From the IMG/VR virus record IMGVR_UViG_2974569193_000001, positions 108,702 through 172,701 of that record: a DNA stretch of 64,000 nt. One strand, written 5' to 3'. The position numbers were made by a program, and so were the translations under genes. Shown piece after piece: positions 8,306 to 17,827 of this stretch. Within the stretch, counting starts at the first letter, position 1, and the number at the start of each line of letters is the position of its first letter. The notes beneath the pieces are model-generated. The model ran no database searches and had not been told where the DNA came from. It saw only the letters and a list, made by a program, of their open reading frames with translations. This DNA is from a virus (Duplodnaviria > Heunggongvirae > Uroviricota > Caudoviricetes).

Positions 8306-11300
8306 ATGTCCGACCCCTTTGATTTCCTCGCCGCGCTGTTCGCGGCGCATGAAGGCCCGATCGCCTTCGAACACGACAACAAGACCGTCAAGACCCGCGA
8401 GCCTGAGTTCGTCGAGGATCATGCCGGCGCTCTGTATGTCTCGCCGTCCACGCCGGACGGCCGCGTCGCCTTCGTGTTCGGCTCTGACCAGGATGTCGAC
8501 CGCGACGCCTGGGAGTCGTTCCGTCTCAAGCCGACCGTGGTCCTCTACAAGGAGAAGACCGGCGACATGATCGTCGCCTGGGCCTTCGACGAGACCCAGG
8601 AACCCGACGATGTCCGCCGGCTGGCCGATGCCCTGGGCATGGCTGACCTGGAGGAGCCGATCCCGCTGCCGGGGACCAACGGCTGGGCCTTGGTCCACGC
8701 CGAGGAGAGCGACTACTACACGCTCGACGAGGTCGAACGCGTGTACGCGCCGGCCAAGAAGGTCGGCTACGACGATCCGCCCAAGAATCGGCAAAAAGAT
8801 CGGCAATTTTCTGACGCGCCTGCCGAGCAAGCCTCGGAAAAGTCTAAGAAAAAGGCTGCTTCTGACACCGGCAAGAAAACCGGCGCGGACGACCCGCCCT
8901 GGGACGAGGACCTGGGGACCTATGCCGACGCTCAGGTCAAGACGCCCTATGACGAGCGCGACCCGGCCCTGAGCCGTGAGATCATCGTCTCGGTCGGCGG
9001 CAACAGCAAGTCGATGAACTGGCAACCCAAGGCCATGCCGCTGGGCGCGTTCGTCGCCCAGTTCTGCCAGCACCGCGAGGGCGCCAAGGATGGCGTCTCC
9101 TTCGTCATGGGCGACATGGTCCCCGGCCAGCGCAAGAAGACGGCGGTCAAGGCCCTCTACGCGGTGGGCCTGGACGTCGACGTCGGCATGTCCTCGGCGG
9201 CGATCGACGCGGCGTTGAAGAAGTTCGGGCGCATGGCCGTGCGCTACACCACCCACTCGCACCTGAAGTCGGTCACGGACGTCAAGAAGGACGTCTTGAT
9301 CAAGTGGTGCGAGCAGGAAGCCGACGGCGCTGACTACGAGGAGGACGAGGTCCTCCAGCGCTACTTCCTGGCCAAGGACCTGATGACGCCGGAGATCGCC
9401 AAGACGGTCGAGTTCAACGGCACCGAGCACAAGGACGGCGGCATCATGGTGAGCGTCAAGCACGCTCCCATCGCCAAGCACCGGATCATCGTGCCGCTCG
9501 CCGAGGCGTTCGACATCTCCAAGGTCGCCCCGACCCAGAAGGAGGCGATGGAAAAGTGGGCCAAGGTTCCGACCGCGCTGGCGGCGGAACTGGGCGTGCC
9601 GCTCGACAAGTCGTGCCTGGACCCCTCGCGCCTCTTCTATCTGCCGCGTCACGCCAAGGGCAAGCCGTTCGAGGTCAGCCTGTTTGGTGGCGACCTCTTC
9701 GACTGGAAGAGCCTGACGCTCGACGACCCGTTCGAGGCCGAGATCGCCAAGCTCTCCAAGGGCACCAGCAAGTCCAAGACCGCCGCTGGCCGCGACCTCG
9801 GCCGCTGGTCGATGAAGGCCGCCCACGGCTTCCAGGTCGTGCAGGTGATGGAGGAGCACTGCCCCGACAAGCTGCGCCATCAAGTCTCGACCGGCTACGA
9901 GATCGAGTGCCCGTTTGACGACCTGCACTCCAATGCCGGCGACACCGAAGACCGCGCCTGTCTGGCGGTCAACGCCGGCGATGGCCCCAGCGAGTGGTTC
10001 ACCGTCCGCTGCCAACACGAGTCCTGCCGCGAGTTCACCAACCTCGACATGCTGGGCAAGATGGTCGAGGACGGCTGGTTCGACCGCGCCTGCCTGGACG
10101 ACGAGGACTACAACATCGTCGAGGCCGAGAACGCGCCCAACCCGGTCGCGGCCAAGCGCATCGAGACCGAGGACAAGGCCAAGGAAGCCTACATGCAGGC
10201 GATCTTCGACCTGCCTCAGATCGACTTCACCGACGACGACGTCGACAAGGTGGTGCGCATCTGTTGCGAGGCCGCCCTGGGGACCCTGGCCGAGAACAAG
10301 GCCAAGGACGCCCTCAAGGCGCGCCTGGGCGTCAACGGCACGGTCATCAACAAGATGTTCAAGGACATGAAGGCGAGCCTCGCCCGTGAACAGAACGTCG
10401 AGGGCACGGTCAAGGACCCCCTGGGCCGCAGCATCTTCTCCTATGCCGGCGAGTTCAACTTCGACGAGGCGTTCTCCTGCTGCTTCCGGGCGCTGCTGAA
10501 CACCAACCGCGAGAAGGACCAGCCGATCTTCTCCTGCTTGCAGGACAAGCCGGTCCGGATGGCGACGGATGTCGATGGGCGCCTGAAGTTCACCGAGATC
10601 GGGGCCTCGGCCGCGATGAACGCCGAACTGAACGAGCTTGTCACCTTCGTGCGCAAGAACGATCAGGGCACGGGCGCTCGCGGCCGGGTGCCCGACGACG
10701 TCGCCCGCCACGTCTACGAGAAGTGCTATACCCGCCTGCCTCGGACGCCCGAGATCATGTACACCCCGATCTACACGGCCGACGGTGACCTGATCCGCAA
10801 GCCGGGCTGGTATCAGAACCTGGACATCATGATGGCCGACATCGGCTTCCAGGTGCCCAAGGTCTATAGCGACCCGACGCCCGAGGAGGTCCAAGAGGCC
10901 GTGCGCCTGCTGACCGACGACGTGCTGATCGACTTCCCGTTCCTGGACTACGACACCCAGGGCAACGAGCGTCGTGAGCCGTCGCTGGCCAACGCCCTGG
11001 CGATGCTGATCACCCCGTTCATGCGCCGCATGATCGATAGCTGCACGCCGGTGTTCTTCGTCTCCAAGCCCACGCCCGGCACGGGTGGGACATTCCTGGG
11101 CATGGTGCCGATCATCCTCTTCGACGGGGAAGAGCCGGCCCCGATCCGCTATACTCAGAACGAAGAAGAGATGCAGAAAGCTCTTCTGGCTTCGCTGATG
11201 AATTCGAAGGCCTACTTGTTCTTCGATGACGTCAAGGAGTTTAACAATCGGGTGCTCCTGATGGCGATTACTTCCCGCTATATTGGCGGGCGGGTGCTGG

Positions 11301-11962
11301 GTTCCTCGAAGAACATCGAGATGCCTAACAACTCGATCTGGATCGCCACCGGCAACAACCCCTTGATCTCCTCGGAAATGGCGCGGCGGGTGGTCGACAT
11401 CCGCCTGAACGCCAAGACCTCGGACATCCAGAAGCGGACCTACCGCCACCCCGACTACGTCCAGTGGCTCAAGGCCAACCGGGGCGAGATCGTCCATGCG
11501 ATCCTGACCCTGATCGCCCACTGGATCAACTGCGGGATGCCCAAGTTCACGGCGCGCAAGCGCGCCTCGTTCGAGGACTGGTCCGAGAAGGTCGGCGGCG
11601 TGCTGATGTGCGCCAACATCGACGGCTTCCTGGACAACCGCCGCTCGGTGGCCGCCGACATGGATGAGGCCGCCATCAAGCAGTTCGTCCGCGACTGGCT
11701 GCTGAAGTGGGGCGAGAAGGCTCCGGTCAAGATTTCCGACCTGTGGAGCTACGCGTTCGACATGGAACTCGACATCGTGTCGGGCGCCAACGACGACCAG
11801 AAGAAGGCCCGCTTCATGCGCATCCTTCCGACCCTGGACGGCCGGACGTTCAAGATGCCGCGCGGCGACTGCATGGTCCGCGCCGGCTCCGACATCGACG
11901 GCAACGTCACCTATCATCTGGAGCGCTTGAGCGCGCCGGAGGAGGTCCTGGAGACTGCCTGA
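8306..11962 (+). CDS. large replication-associated multidomain protein, putative primase-helicase-like
   Basis: 1218 aa. Cys/His cluster CPFDDLHSN...CLAVN...RCQHESCREF, and a C-terminal NTPase-like region (SKPTPGTGGTFLGMV ... YLFFDDV) resembling D5/P4-type replicative proteins but with an atypical lysine-less loop. No polymerase motifs were seen. The antisense 1240-aa ORF 8195..11917 is a GC artefact. Confidence 0.6.
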   Translation: MSDPFDFLAALFAAHEGPIAFEHDNKTVKTREPEFVEDHAGALYVSPSTPDGRVAFVFGSDQDVDRDAWESFRLKPTVVLYKEKTGDMIVAWAFDETQEPDDVRRLADALGMADLEEPIPLPGTNGWALVHAEESDYYTLDEVERVYAPAKKVGYDDPPKNRQKDRQFSDAPAEQASEKSKKKAASDTGKKTGADDPPWDEDLGTYADAQVKTPYDERDPALSREIIVSVGGNSKSMNWQPKAMPLGAFVAQFCQHREGAKDGVSFVMGDMVPGQRKKTAVKALYAVGLDVDVGMSSAAIDAALKKFGRMAVRYTTHSHLKSVTDVKKDVLIKWCEQEADGADYEEDEVLQRYFLAKDLMTPEIAKTVEFNGTEHKDGGIMVSVKHAPIAKHRIIVPLAEAFDISKVAPTQKEAMEKWAKVPTALAAELGVPLDKSCLDPSRLFYLPRHAKGKPFEVSLFGGDLFDWKSLTLDDPFEAEIAKLSKGTSKSKTAAGRDLGRWSMKAAHGFQVVQVMEEHCPDKLRHQVSTGYEIECPFDDLHSNAGDTEDRACLAVNAGDGPSEWFTVRCQHESCREFTNLDMLGKMVEDGWFDRACLDDEDYNIVEAENAPNPVAAKRIETEDKAKEAYMQAIFDLPQIDFTDDDVDKVVRICCEAALGTLAENKAKDALKARLGVNGTVINKMFKDMKASLAREQNVEGTVKDPLGRSIFSYAGEFNFDEAFSCCFRALLNTNREKDQPIFSCLQDKPVRMATDVDGRLKFTEIGASAAMNAELNELVTFVRKNDQGTGARGRVPDDVARHVYEKCYTRLPRTPEIMYTPIYTADGDLIRKPGWYQNLDIMMADIGFQVPKVYSDPTPEEVQEAVRLLTDDVLIDFPFLDYDTQGNERREPSLANALAMLITPFMRRMIDSCTPVFFVSKPTPGTGGTFLGMVPIILFDGEEPAPIRYTQNEEEMQKALLASLMNSKAYLFFDDVKEFNNRVLLMAITSRYIGGRVLGSSKNIEMPNNSIWIATGNNPLISSEMARRVVDIRLNAKTSDIQKRTYRHPDYVQWLKANRGEIVHAILTLIAHWINCGMPKFTARKRASFEDWSEKVGGVLMCANIDGFLDNRRSVAADMDEAAIKQFVRDWLLKWGEKAPVKISDLWSYAFDMELDIVSGANDDQKKARFMRILPTLDGRTFKMPRGDCMVRAGSDIDGNVTYHLERLSAPEEVLETA

Positions 11963-11985
11963 CGGGGGTGAGTGCTCCAGGACTA

Positions 11986-12021
11986 CGAAAAAGGCCCCAG
12001 GAGCGATCCTGGGGCCTTTTG
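11986..12021. terminator. bidirectional rho-independent terminator
   Basis: AAAAA-GGCCCCAGG-agcgat-CCTGGGGCC-TTTT between the convergent genes 8306..11962 and 12032..12421. Perfect 9-bp GC stem flanked by A and T runs. Confidence 0.7.
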
Positions 12022-12031
12022 AGTAGGCGGC

Positions 12032-12421
12032 TTAGAGCCAGACCACCCGAGGCGGCTTGCCGCGCTCCCGGACGATCCTGACATCGCCGGAGGCGACGAG
12101 CTTGGCGAACATCTTGTCGAGCGACGAGGTCTTGGTCTTGCCCTTCTGGGCGGCCTGGGCGCGCCGGCGCTGGCGGCGGTTCATCTGCCCTTCATCCGCG
12201 AAGGCGTTATTGGTGCTGTCGGCCTCGGTCCCCCGACCGTAGCTCATCTCGAACGCGCCCGATTGGAGGTCCTGGCGGCTCAGACTGCCGCTGGAGATCG
12301 CTTGGTCCAGGACGGCGATCGCGTCGGGCGGGTACTTGTCGCGGACGGCCTCCAGATAGGCCGCCTTCTCCTCAGGAGAGATGGCCTCGGCCGGATCAAG
12401 GGTGGAGGGGTGGGGCGTCAT
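12032..12421 (-). CDS. hypothetical protein
   Basis: 129 aa; basic K/R-rich C-terminus; SD GGAG upstream; convergent with the replicase gene at a bidirectional terminator. Confidence 0.5.
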   Translation of the reverse strand: MTPHPSTLDPAEAISPEEKAAYLEAVRDKYPPDAIAVLDQAISSGSLSRQDLQSGAFEMSYGRGTEADSTNNAFADEGQMNRRQRRRAQAAQKGKTKTSSLDKMFAKLVASGDVRIVRERGKPPRVVWL

Positions 12422-12479
12422 GAAAATCTCCAGAGGCGGGAATGTCGCCCTTCATGACACGCCCCGCAGTAGACGTAAA

Positions 12480-12536
12480 GTGTTGACAGACGACACTCGA
12501 TCCCGGTATGTGATCCTTGTACGGTAAGGGAAACCG
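12480..12536 (+). promoter_or_regulatory. cassette-type promoter
   Basis: GTGTTGACAG (12480-12489), 17 bp, GTATGT, then a leader ending GGTAAGGGAAACCG-ATG. Confidence 0.5.
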
Positions 12537-13136
12537 ATGAACGACGACGATTTGGACTGGCAGGATGGCGAGCTTTCGCCGCCCCGCGCTCCGGTCACGA
12601 CCAAGGACATCGCCGATGTCGCCCAGGCTCCGGCTGGCGGGCGGATGGCGGCGATGCGCGAGGCGGGGGATGCGCATCGGCGCGACTTCCTGCTTCTGCG
12701 TGGTCCGCTGGGCGTTGTCCGTCTGTCGCTCGCGCACATCCCAGCGCTGCACGCTCTTTGGCGGGTCTGGACGCGCAAGCGCACGGCCCAGGCCGCCGAC
12801 CCTGGCGCCAGTCTTGCAGAGATCGGCGAGGAGATGAATTTGCCGGCGGCCTCGGTGCGTCCGATGGTCGTCAGCCTGCTCAAGAACCGACTCATCCGGA
12901 CGCGGCGCAGCCACCACGGATGGCAAGGGGTGCGGGCGACCTACTACCCGTCGGCGATCGCCGTCCAGGCCCTGGCCTTGGCGGAGGTCCTCGGTCCGGG
13001 GCATGCGGTTCAGGTGGGGCGTAACGCCTCGGCCTGGGCCAACCGCAGCCTGACCGAACCCGGCAATTTGTTCCAACACGCCGCCTTGTTGCGCGGCGGG
13101 GCTCCCCTCGGGGCCTCCGAGACGGAGTATTCATGA
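12537..13136 (+). CDS. hypothetical protein, possible winged-helix regulator
   Basis: 199 aa. ASLAEIGEEMNLPAASVRPMVVSLLKNRLIRTRRS resembles a MarR/wHTH recognition helix. Cassette-type promoter upstream. Confidence 0.5.
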   Translation: MNDDDLDWQDGELSPPRAPVTTKDIADVAQAPAGGRMAAMREAGDAHRRDFLLLRGPLGVVRLSLAHIPALHALWRVWTRKRTAQAADPGASLAEIGEEMNLPAASVRPMVVSLLKNRLIRTRRSHHGWQGVRATYYPSAIAVQALALAEVLGPGHAVQVGRNASAWANRSLTEPGNLFQHAALLRGGAPLGASETEYS

Positions 13137-13137
13137 G

Positions 13138-13554
13138 ATGCCGCAACGCCAAAAAGACGACCAAGCCCAAGCCGCCAAGCCCCCTGGGGTTAAGGGAGGC
13201 TCGCAGCCTGGAAGTCCTCAAGGCGAGGCCACCCAGGGCGCGGTGCTTCTGAGCCCCGAGGCGATCGGTCAGATCGGCGAGGCGCTCGGTGGTCGGACCC
13301 ACTGGCAGGCCTCGATCGCGCGCCGCGTCGGCGTCTCCAAGTCGCAGATCACCCGCTACCTCAACGGGGATCGCACGCCCAACACCGCGCTGGGCGACAG
13401 CTATCTCGAACTGATGGTCGACAACATCGAGGAGCTTTCGGAGCTTCTGGCGACGCCGGGCTTGCCCCAGGCCGATAGTCCTGAGGTCAGCGAGGCCCGC
13501 CGCCACATCGAGCAAGCCGTGCGCCTCCTGCGCGAAAAAGTTCTCTACATCTGA
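13138..13554 (+). CDS. XRE-family HTH transcriptional regulator
   Basis: 138 aa. QASIARRVGVSKSQITRYLNGDRTP is a Cro/C1-type helix-turn-helix. Confidence 0.6.
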   Translation: MPQRQKDDQAQAAKPPGVKGGSQPGSPQGEATQGAVLLSPEAIGQIGEALGGRTHWQASIARRVGVSKSQITRYLNGDRTPNTALGDSYLELMVDNIEELSELLATPGLPQADSPEVSEARRHIEQAVRLLREKVLYI

Positions 13555-13562
13555 AGGACCCC

Positions 13563-14024
13563 ATGACCACCCTGATCGAACAACTCCGCAACGACGCCCT
13601 GGCCGCGCGCAAGGCCGCCGTCAAGAAGGAAGCCGGCGGCGAGCACGCCGCGCTCCTGGCCTCGGTCGCGTCCGACGCCACCATGATCGGCAAGAACGAC
13701 CGGGCCGCGCCCGGCCGCGAGCCGACCGATGACGAAACCGCCAAGGTCGTGAAGAAGTACATCGCCGGCCTGGAGACCTCGATCGAGGCGGCCCGCAGCG
13801 AGGAGGAGCGTTCGCGCTTCATCGTCGAGAAGCGGCGCCTGGAGGGCTTCCTGCCGCAGATGCTCGATGGCGGTCATCTGACCGATGCGATCCACGTCAC
13901 CCTGGCCAAGCTGGGCGTCGAGCGCGACGTCAAGAGCACCAAGGCGGTGGTCGCCGATCTGCAAGAGACCTATCCCGGTCAGATTGACCCGGCGGCCGTC
14001 TCGCGCTACCTTCGCAACGTCTGA
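13563..14024 (+). CDS. GatB/YqeY domain-containing protein
   Basis: 153 aa. Pattern DEETAKVVKKYIAGLETSIEAAR...EKRRLEGFLPQMLDG...KSTKAVVADLQETYPGQIDPAAVSRYLRN matches the YqeY fold. Confidence 0.6.
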   Translation: MTTLIEQLRNDALAARKAAVKKEAGGEHAALLASVASDATMIGKNDRAAPGREPTDDETAKVVKKYIAGLETSIEAARSEEERSRFIVEKRRLEGFLPQMLDGGHLTDAIHVTLAKLGVERDVKSTKAVVADLQETYPGQIDPAAVSRYLRNV

Positions 14025-14043
14025 TCCCAGACGAAATCCCAAC

Positions 14044-14076
14044 CAGAACTCAAAAGGCCCCGGAGCGATCCGAGGC
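14044..14076. terminator. bidirectional rho-independent terminator
   Basis: CAAAA-GGCCCCGGA-gcga-TCCGAGGCC-TTTTC (8 of 9 bp paired) between the convergent genes 13563..14024 and 14094..14402. Confidence 0.65.
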
Positions 14077-14093
14077 CTTTTCTTCGTCCAGGT

Positions 14094-14402
14094 CTATGCT
14101 GGCGGATCGCCGTAGATGACGGGGTAGCGTGCCCGGACGTCCGGCGCGGTGAAGTCGCCGCCATCCTTGAGGCACTCCCGCGCCCGCATGACGGTGTGGT
14201 CGTAGAGTGTCAGAAGCTCCTCGCGCGTCAGCGCCATCAGGGCGTTGGTGAACCAGACCCGCTGGGAGCCGTGGACCTCGGTCCGATCAAACTCCAGCGG
14301 CGCGGTCAAGAAGACCTGATGGGCGCGATCGTCGCGCCAGTTGGCGGTCTTGAGCGCCCGCTGGAGCAGGTCCATGGGGTTGACGGGATCAAGCGGCGTC
14401 AT
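14094..14402 (-). CDS. hypothetical protein
   Basis: ORF 14094..14543 trimmed to the ATG at 14402 (MTPLDPVNPMDLL...), which has SD GAGGCGG and overlaps the ligase stop by 14 nt. The upstream part of the ORF lies inside the ligase gene. Confidence 0.45.
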   Translation of the reverse strand: MTPLDPVNPMDLLQRALKTANWRDDRAHQVFLTAPLEFDRTEVHGSQRVWFTNALMALTREELLTLYDHTVMRARECLKDGGDFTAPDVRARYPVIYGDPPA

Positions 14403-15462
14403 CGTCGGCCGCCTCCTGCTGGGCCAGCCAATCGGCGTAGAGCGCTTGAAGGACCTTGACGCGGGCGCCGTCCATGTCGGACGGATCACGCAGGCCCTCG
14501 AACACCCCGTGGCGCGGCAGGTCGTAGTCGCCGGCCAGGGCATAGCTCATCTTGACGAACTGGCCCAGCGGTGGATTGGCGTAGAACTCGGCCTTGTTCT
14601 TGTCGTTCAGCCCCGAAGCGACGCGCGCGACCTCGCCCGGCCATTCGGGGAAGATCACCAGGAGCTTGCCGGCGCGACCCTTGGCGGCCTTGTTCGCCTT
14701 GTGGGTCGAGCGCTTGGTGTAGCCGCGCTCATCGAGCGTCGCCTCGTTGTTGTTGGCGAACTCCTCCTCGACGCCGACGCAGACGCCCTCCAGGTCGGCC
14801 TTGTCCTTGGCCTTGACGTTGTAGCCCTCCAGGACCGTCGAGCGGCCCGGCTTGTAGGGGCCGTCGAGCGCGCAGAAGATCAGGCCCTCGTCGTCGTTCT
14901 CCAGCGCCTCGCGGTACATCGCCAGCGCCTCCTCGGCGTTGCGAAGCAGGCGCTGCTCCAGGACCACCACCCACGACGGCAGGGAGAGTTCCAGGGCCTT
15001 GAGAGCGTTCAGACGCTCGGTCTTGCCGCCCGGCGTCAGGAAGTGCTCGAAGACGTAATAGCGGATGTCCGGCTCGCCAGCCTGGGTCATCACCGCCGAG
15101 GTCGACCCCCGGAAGTTCAGCTTGCCGTCGACCAGGATGCCGATCTCGCCGTCCAGGCCGTGCGGCAGCGTCGACAGCAGCTTGCGCACATGCAGGTTGG
15201 GGATGTATTTCAGTGAGCGGGTGATGCCATGGCCGATCACGTCGCGCTCGCTGGTCACCCAGCCGGTCTCGGTATGGGTGATCACGTCCGCGATCTTGTC
15301 GGGATGCACCGGCGAGACGCTGGCGCGAACCCCATCCTTCTTGAAGGACCCGTAGCACGGGAACTGGATGCGTGTTTCGAATTCGCTCGGCTTGACCGAG
15401 TCGGTGTCGGCCAGGGCGATCCGGAAGCGCCCGTAGAGCTTGGGCTTCTTGGTCTTGCTCAT
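14389..15462 (-). CDS. lig: ATP-dependent DNA ligase (T7-like)
   Basis: Start moved to MSKTKKPK (SD GAGGGGA). Motif I KKDGVRA (adenylated Lys), III DGEIGIL, IV EGLIFCALDGPYKPGRS, V NVKAKD. About 357 aa, similar to T7 ligase. Confidence 0.8.
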   Translation of the reverse strand: MSKTKKPKLYGRFRIALADTDSVKPSEFETRIQFPCYGSFKKDGVRASVSPVHPDKIADVITHTETGWVTSERDVIGHGITRSLKYIPNLHVRKLLSTLPHGLDGEIGILVDGKLNFRGSTSAVMTQAGEPDIRYYVFEHFLTPGGKTERLNALKALELSLPSWVVVLEQRLLRNAEEALAMYREALENDDEGLIFCALDGPYKPGRSTVLEGYNVKAKDKADLEGVCVGVEEEFANNNEATLDERGYTKRSTHKANKAAKGRAGKLLVIFPEWPGEVARVASGLNDKNKAEFYANPPLGQFVKMSYALAGDYDLPRHGVFEGLRDPSDMDGARVKVLQALYADWLAQQEAADDDAA

Positions 15463-15920
15463 CTCAATTTCCCCTCGATCAACTTGAGGCCGGGTTGGTC
15501 CCGGTCCATCTGGTAGACGGTGTAGCGATCGCCGTCGAACTCGACGCTGTAGACCCGGATGCCGGCGTTGAGGCACTGCATCCACATGTCCCGCGTGCCC
15601 GGCCCGCCGGGGAACGCCACGCAGACGTCGGGCTGGCTGGTCTCACGCATGCGGGTGTTGCGGCGCTTGGGCGCATCGTCGCCCTCGCCGTCCAGCGCGG
15701 GGTCGACCTTGTAGACCTCGGTGGCGAACCCCCACTTCTTGGCCCAGGCCCGGCAGAGCCGGTCATAGCCCACTGCATCACCGTCGACCCAGATCATGTC
15801 GCGCGGCCAGCGCAGCGCCGAGACCAGGGCCGACAGCACCAGGGTGGGCGCGACCTCGACGACGCCGACCCGGCCGCCGCAGACCACCGCCACGAACGGG
15901 CGTTCAGCTTCAGGCGTCAT
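15459..15920 (-). CDS. SLOG/DUF2493-like Rossmann-fold protein
   Basis: Start at MTPEAERPFVAVVCGGR. The loop VAFPGGPGTRDMW matches the LOG/SLOG PGGxGT motif. ATGA overlap with the ligase gene. Confidence 0.55.
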   Translation of the reverse strand: MTPEAERPFVAVVCGGRVGVVEVAPTLVLSALVSALRWPRDMIWVDGDAVGYDRLCRAWAKKWGFATEVYKVDPALDGEGDDAPKRRNTRMRETSQPDVCVAFPGGPGTRDMWMQCLNAGIRVYSVEFDGDRYTVYQMDRDQPGLKLIEGKLR

Positions 15921-17817
15921 CGAAGATATCCGGGTTGAGGATTTCGGGTTCCATGTCGATGAACGAGCCGTCGAGCTTGCCGGCGCGGCCAATGCCCGGC
16001 ACCTGCGCGTGGTACGACATCAGGTCCATCTCGACACGGTGGCGTTGATAGTCAGCGTTCGCGTTGTAGCTGTATTTGTTGTGATACACCTTGACAGCAT
16101 GCTCAATGGTGTCCGAAGGCGGCGCGTAGCTGACCCCCCGCCCACCGCTGCCGAGATAGTCGTAGCGCGGGCTATGGCGGTGCCGCCCGAACTCGCGCTC
16201 GGACATCACTGCTTGTTGCTGCATCTGGTCGCGGAACTTGGTGTAGCGCGTCGACAGGGCGACGTGATAGGCGCTGACATCGGCCAGGAGCTTGATCAGG
16301 GGCTTGAACGATTTCTGCCCGTCCGAAAACTCGGTCACCGCGTCGACGAAGGCCTCCGCCGCCGCGACCGAACGTGGCGCGCCGCCCAGCCAGGACAGAA
16401 GCTGCCCAGGCTTGACGTCGTAGCAGGAGCCGTCGATCGCCCATCCCCGTTCCTGTTCGTCCCAGGTCCACTGGGCATTGTTCATCAGCGCCAGGACCCC
16501 GAACGGGTCGTAGCGATCCTTGCCGTCGCGCAGCACACCGAACCCGAACTTGGTCTTGGCCATCAGCGCCGTCCACTCGGCCATGATGCCCGCGTCGGCG
16601 TTCATCTGGCTGAGAAGCTGCTGGAGCCGCCGCACGTTCGCCGGGACGTCGGTGCTGACGCTGTCGCGCACGACCGACCCTTGGAACGTCGTCCAGGATT
16701 CGAGGGTGCAGAACCGCTGGTGCAGGGGCTGACGGTCGTATTCCATGCGCACGTCGTCCAGGGCCGCGAACTGACCGGCGGAGCCGGGGAAGCCATAGCG
16801 ATCCCGGCGGCGATAGTACATCCCGCCGCCGACCTTCATGATCGGCATGTCGTGGTAGGCTTCGAAGATGCTGCCCAGGTCGTGGTAGCCGTCGTAGTCC
16901 CGGCTCTTCTCCAGTTCGGCATCGGGGATCGCCCACAGACCCGTCCATTCGCCGTCCGGACCCCAGAGGAAGAGGTTGGCCATCGGCCCCATCTCATTCA
17001 CCGACGGCGTGCGATCCGGCAGGTAGGGCGCGAAGTGGTGAGCGTTCTTGTGGATGAAGTCGCGCACGTGAACTTCATAGCGATCGCGGGCGCGCCTTTC
17101 GCTGCGGTCGTACATCGAGTGATGAATGGAAGACATCTTGGTGTCCATGTACTTGAGGGGCGAGGCGGTCAGCCACCGCATCATGTCGCGTTGGTAGGGG
17201 CGGAGCGAAAGGCTCTGGTCCATGATCAGGTGGTCGCGCATGACCTGATCGGCGGTGCGCCCCTGGGCCTTGTGCGCGGTGATCACGAGGGTCCTCGCCA
17301 TCTCCTGAAGCCGGGACTTGCCGTGCTGGCGCGGCGCGATGTGAACCGTTCGGCAGAGGTTGTCGAGCTTGCCGCCCAGAGGGTCGGGCCACGGAGCATC
17401 GAACTCGGTGACGTCCTGCATCATGGTCGCCTCATCGATGAGCCACGTGTTGTTCTGGGTGTCATGCCCGAAGAACTGGTGGACCGTGCCGCCGGACTTG
17501 CCGGCCGGGTCGATGCCGTAGTGGACCTTGAACGGCCCCAGGACGGCGTCGTCGACCTTGCGCTGCATCTCCTTGATGCGCTCCTCGATAGAGGGCAGGG
17601 TCGAAGCCTGCTCCAGGACCTCCATCGACAGCGGGAAGACGCTCGTCTTCCAGTCGGCCTTGACCTGGGAGGCCTTCATCACCGCGATCTGATCAGACAG
17701 CTTCTGGATCGACTTGGCCGCCTTGCCGGTCGGCGCCGGCATGACGAAGCTGGGGGCCGCAGCCGGCTCCTTGAACAGGCTGAAGACGTCGGCCGGCGGA
17801 GCGCTGACCTGCTTCAT
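15910..17817 (-). CDS. large hypothetical protein with a Walker-A-like APRQHGKS motif
   Basis: Start at MKQVSAPP, 11 nt after the upstream stop. The A/S/P-rich N-terminal 80 aa of the tracked ORF are rejected. LIDEAT (Walker-B-like) and HIAPRQHGKS (Walker-A-like) are present in unusual order. Confidence 0.55.
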   Translation of the reverse strand: MKQVSAPPADVFSLFKEPAAAPSFVMPAPTGKAAKSIQKLSDQIAVMKASQVKADWKTSVFPLSMEVLEQASTLPSIEERIKEMQRKVDDAVLGPFKVHYGIDPAGKSGGTVHQFFGHDTQNNTWLIDEATMMQDVTEFDAPWPDPLGGKLDNLCRTVHIAPRQHGKSRLQEMARTLVITAHKAQGRTADQVMRDHLIMDQSLSLRPYQRDMMRWLTASPLKYMDTKMSSIHHSMYDRSERRARDRYEVHVRDFIHKNAHHFAPYLPDRTPSVNEMGPMANLFLWGPDGEWTGLWAIPDAELEKSRDYDGYHDLGSIFEAYHDMPIMKVGGGMYYRRRDRYGFPGSAGQFAALDDVRMEYDRQPLHQRFCTLESWTTFQGSVVRDSVSTDVPANVRRLQQLLSQMNADAGIMAEWTALMAKTKFGFGVLRDGKDRYDPFGVLALMNNAQWTWDEQERGWAIDGSCYDVKPGQLLSWLGGAPRSVAAAEAFVDAVTEFSDGQKSFKPLIKLLADVSAYHVALSTRYTKFRDQMQQQAVMSEREFGRHRHSPRYDYLGSGGRGVSYAPPSDTIEHAVKVYHNKYSYNANADYQRHRVEMDLMSYHAQVPGIGRAGKLDGSFIDMEPEILNPDIFDDA

Positions 17818-17827
17818 CAGGGCCGCG

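Noticed and set aside
8306-11962. Calling the 1218-aa protein a DNA polymerase or terminase
   Set aside because: No PolA (DYSQIELR) or PolB (YGDTDS) motifs and no terminase nuclease signature were found. Only a Cys/His cluster and an atypical P-loop-like segment are present, so it is left as a replication-associated multidomain protein.
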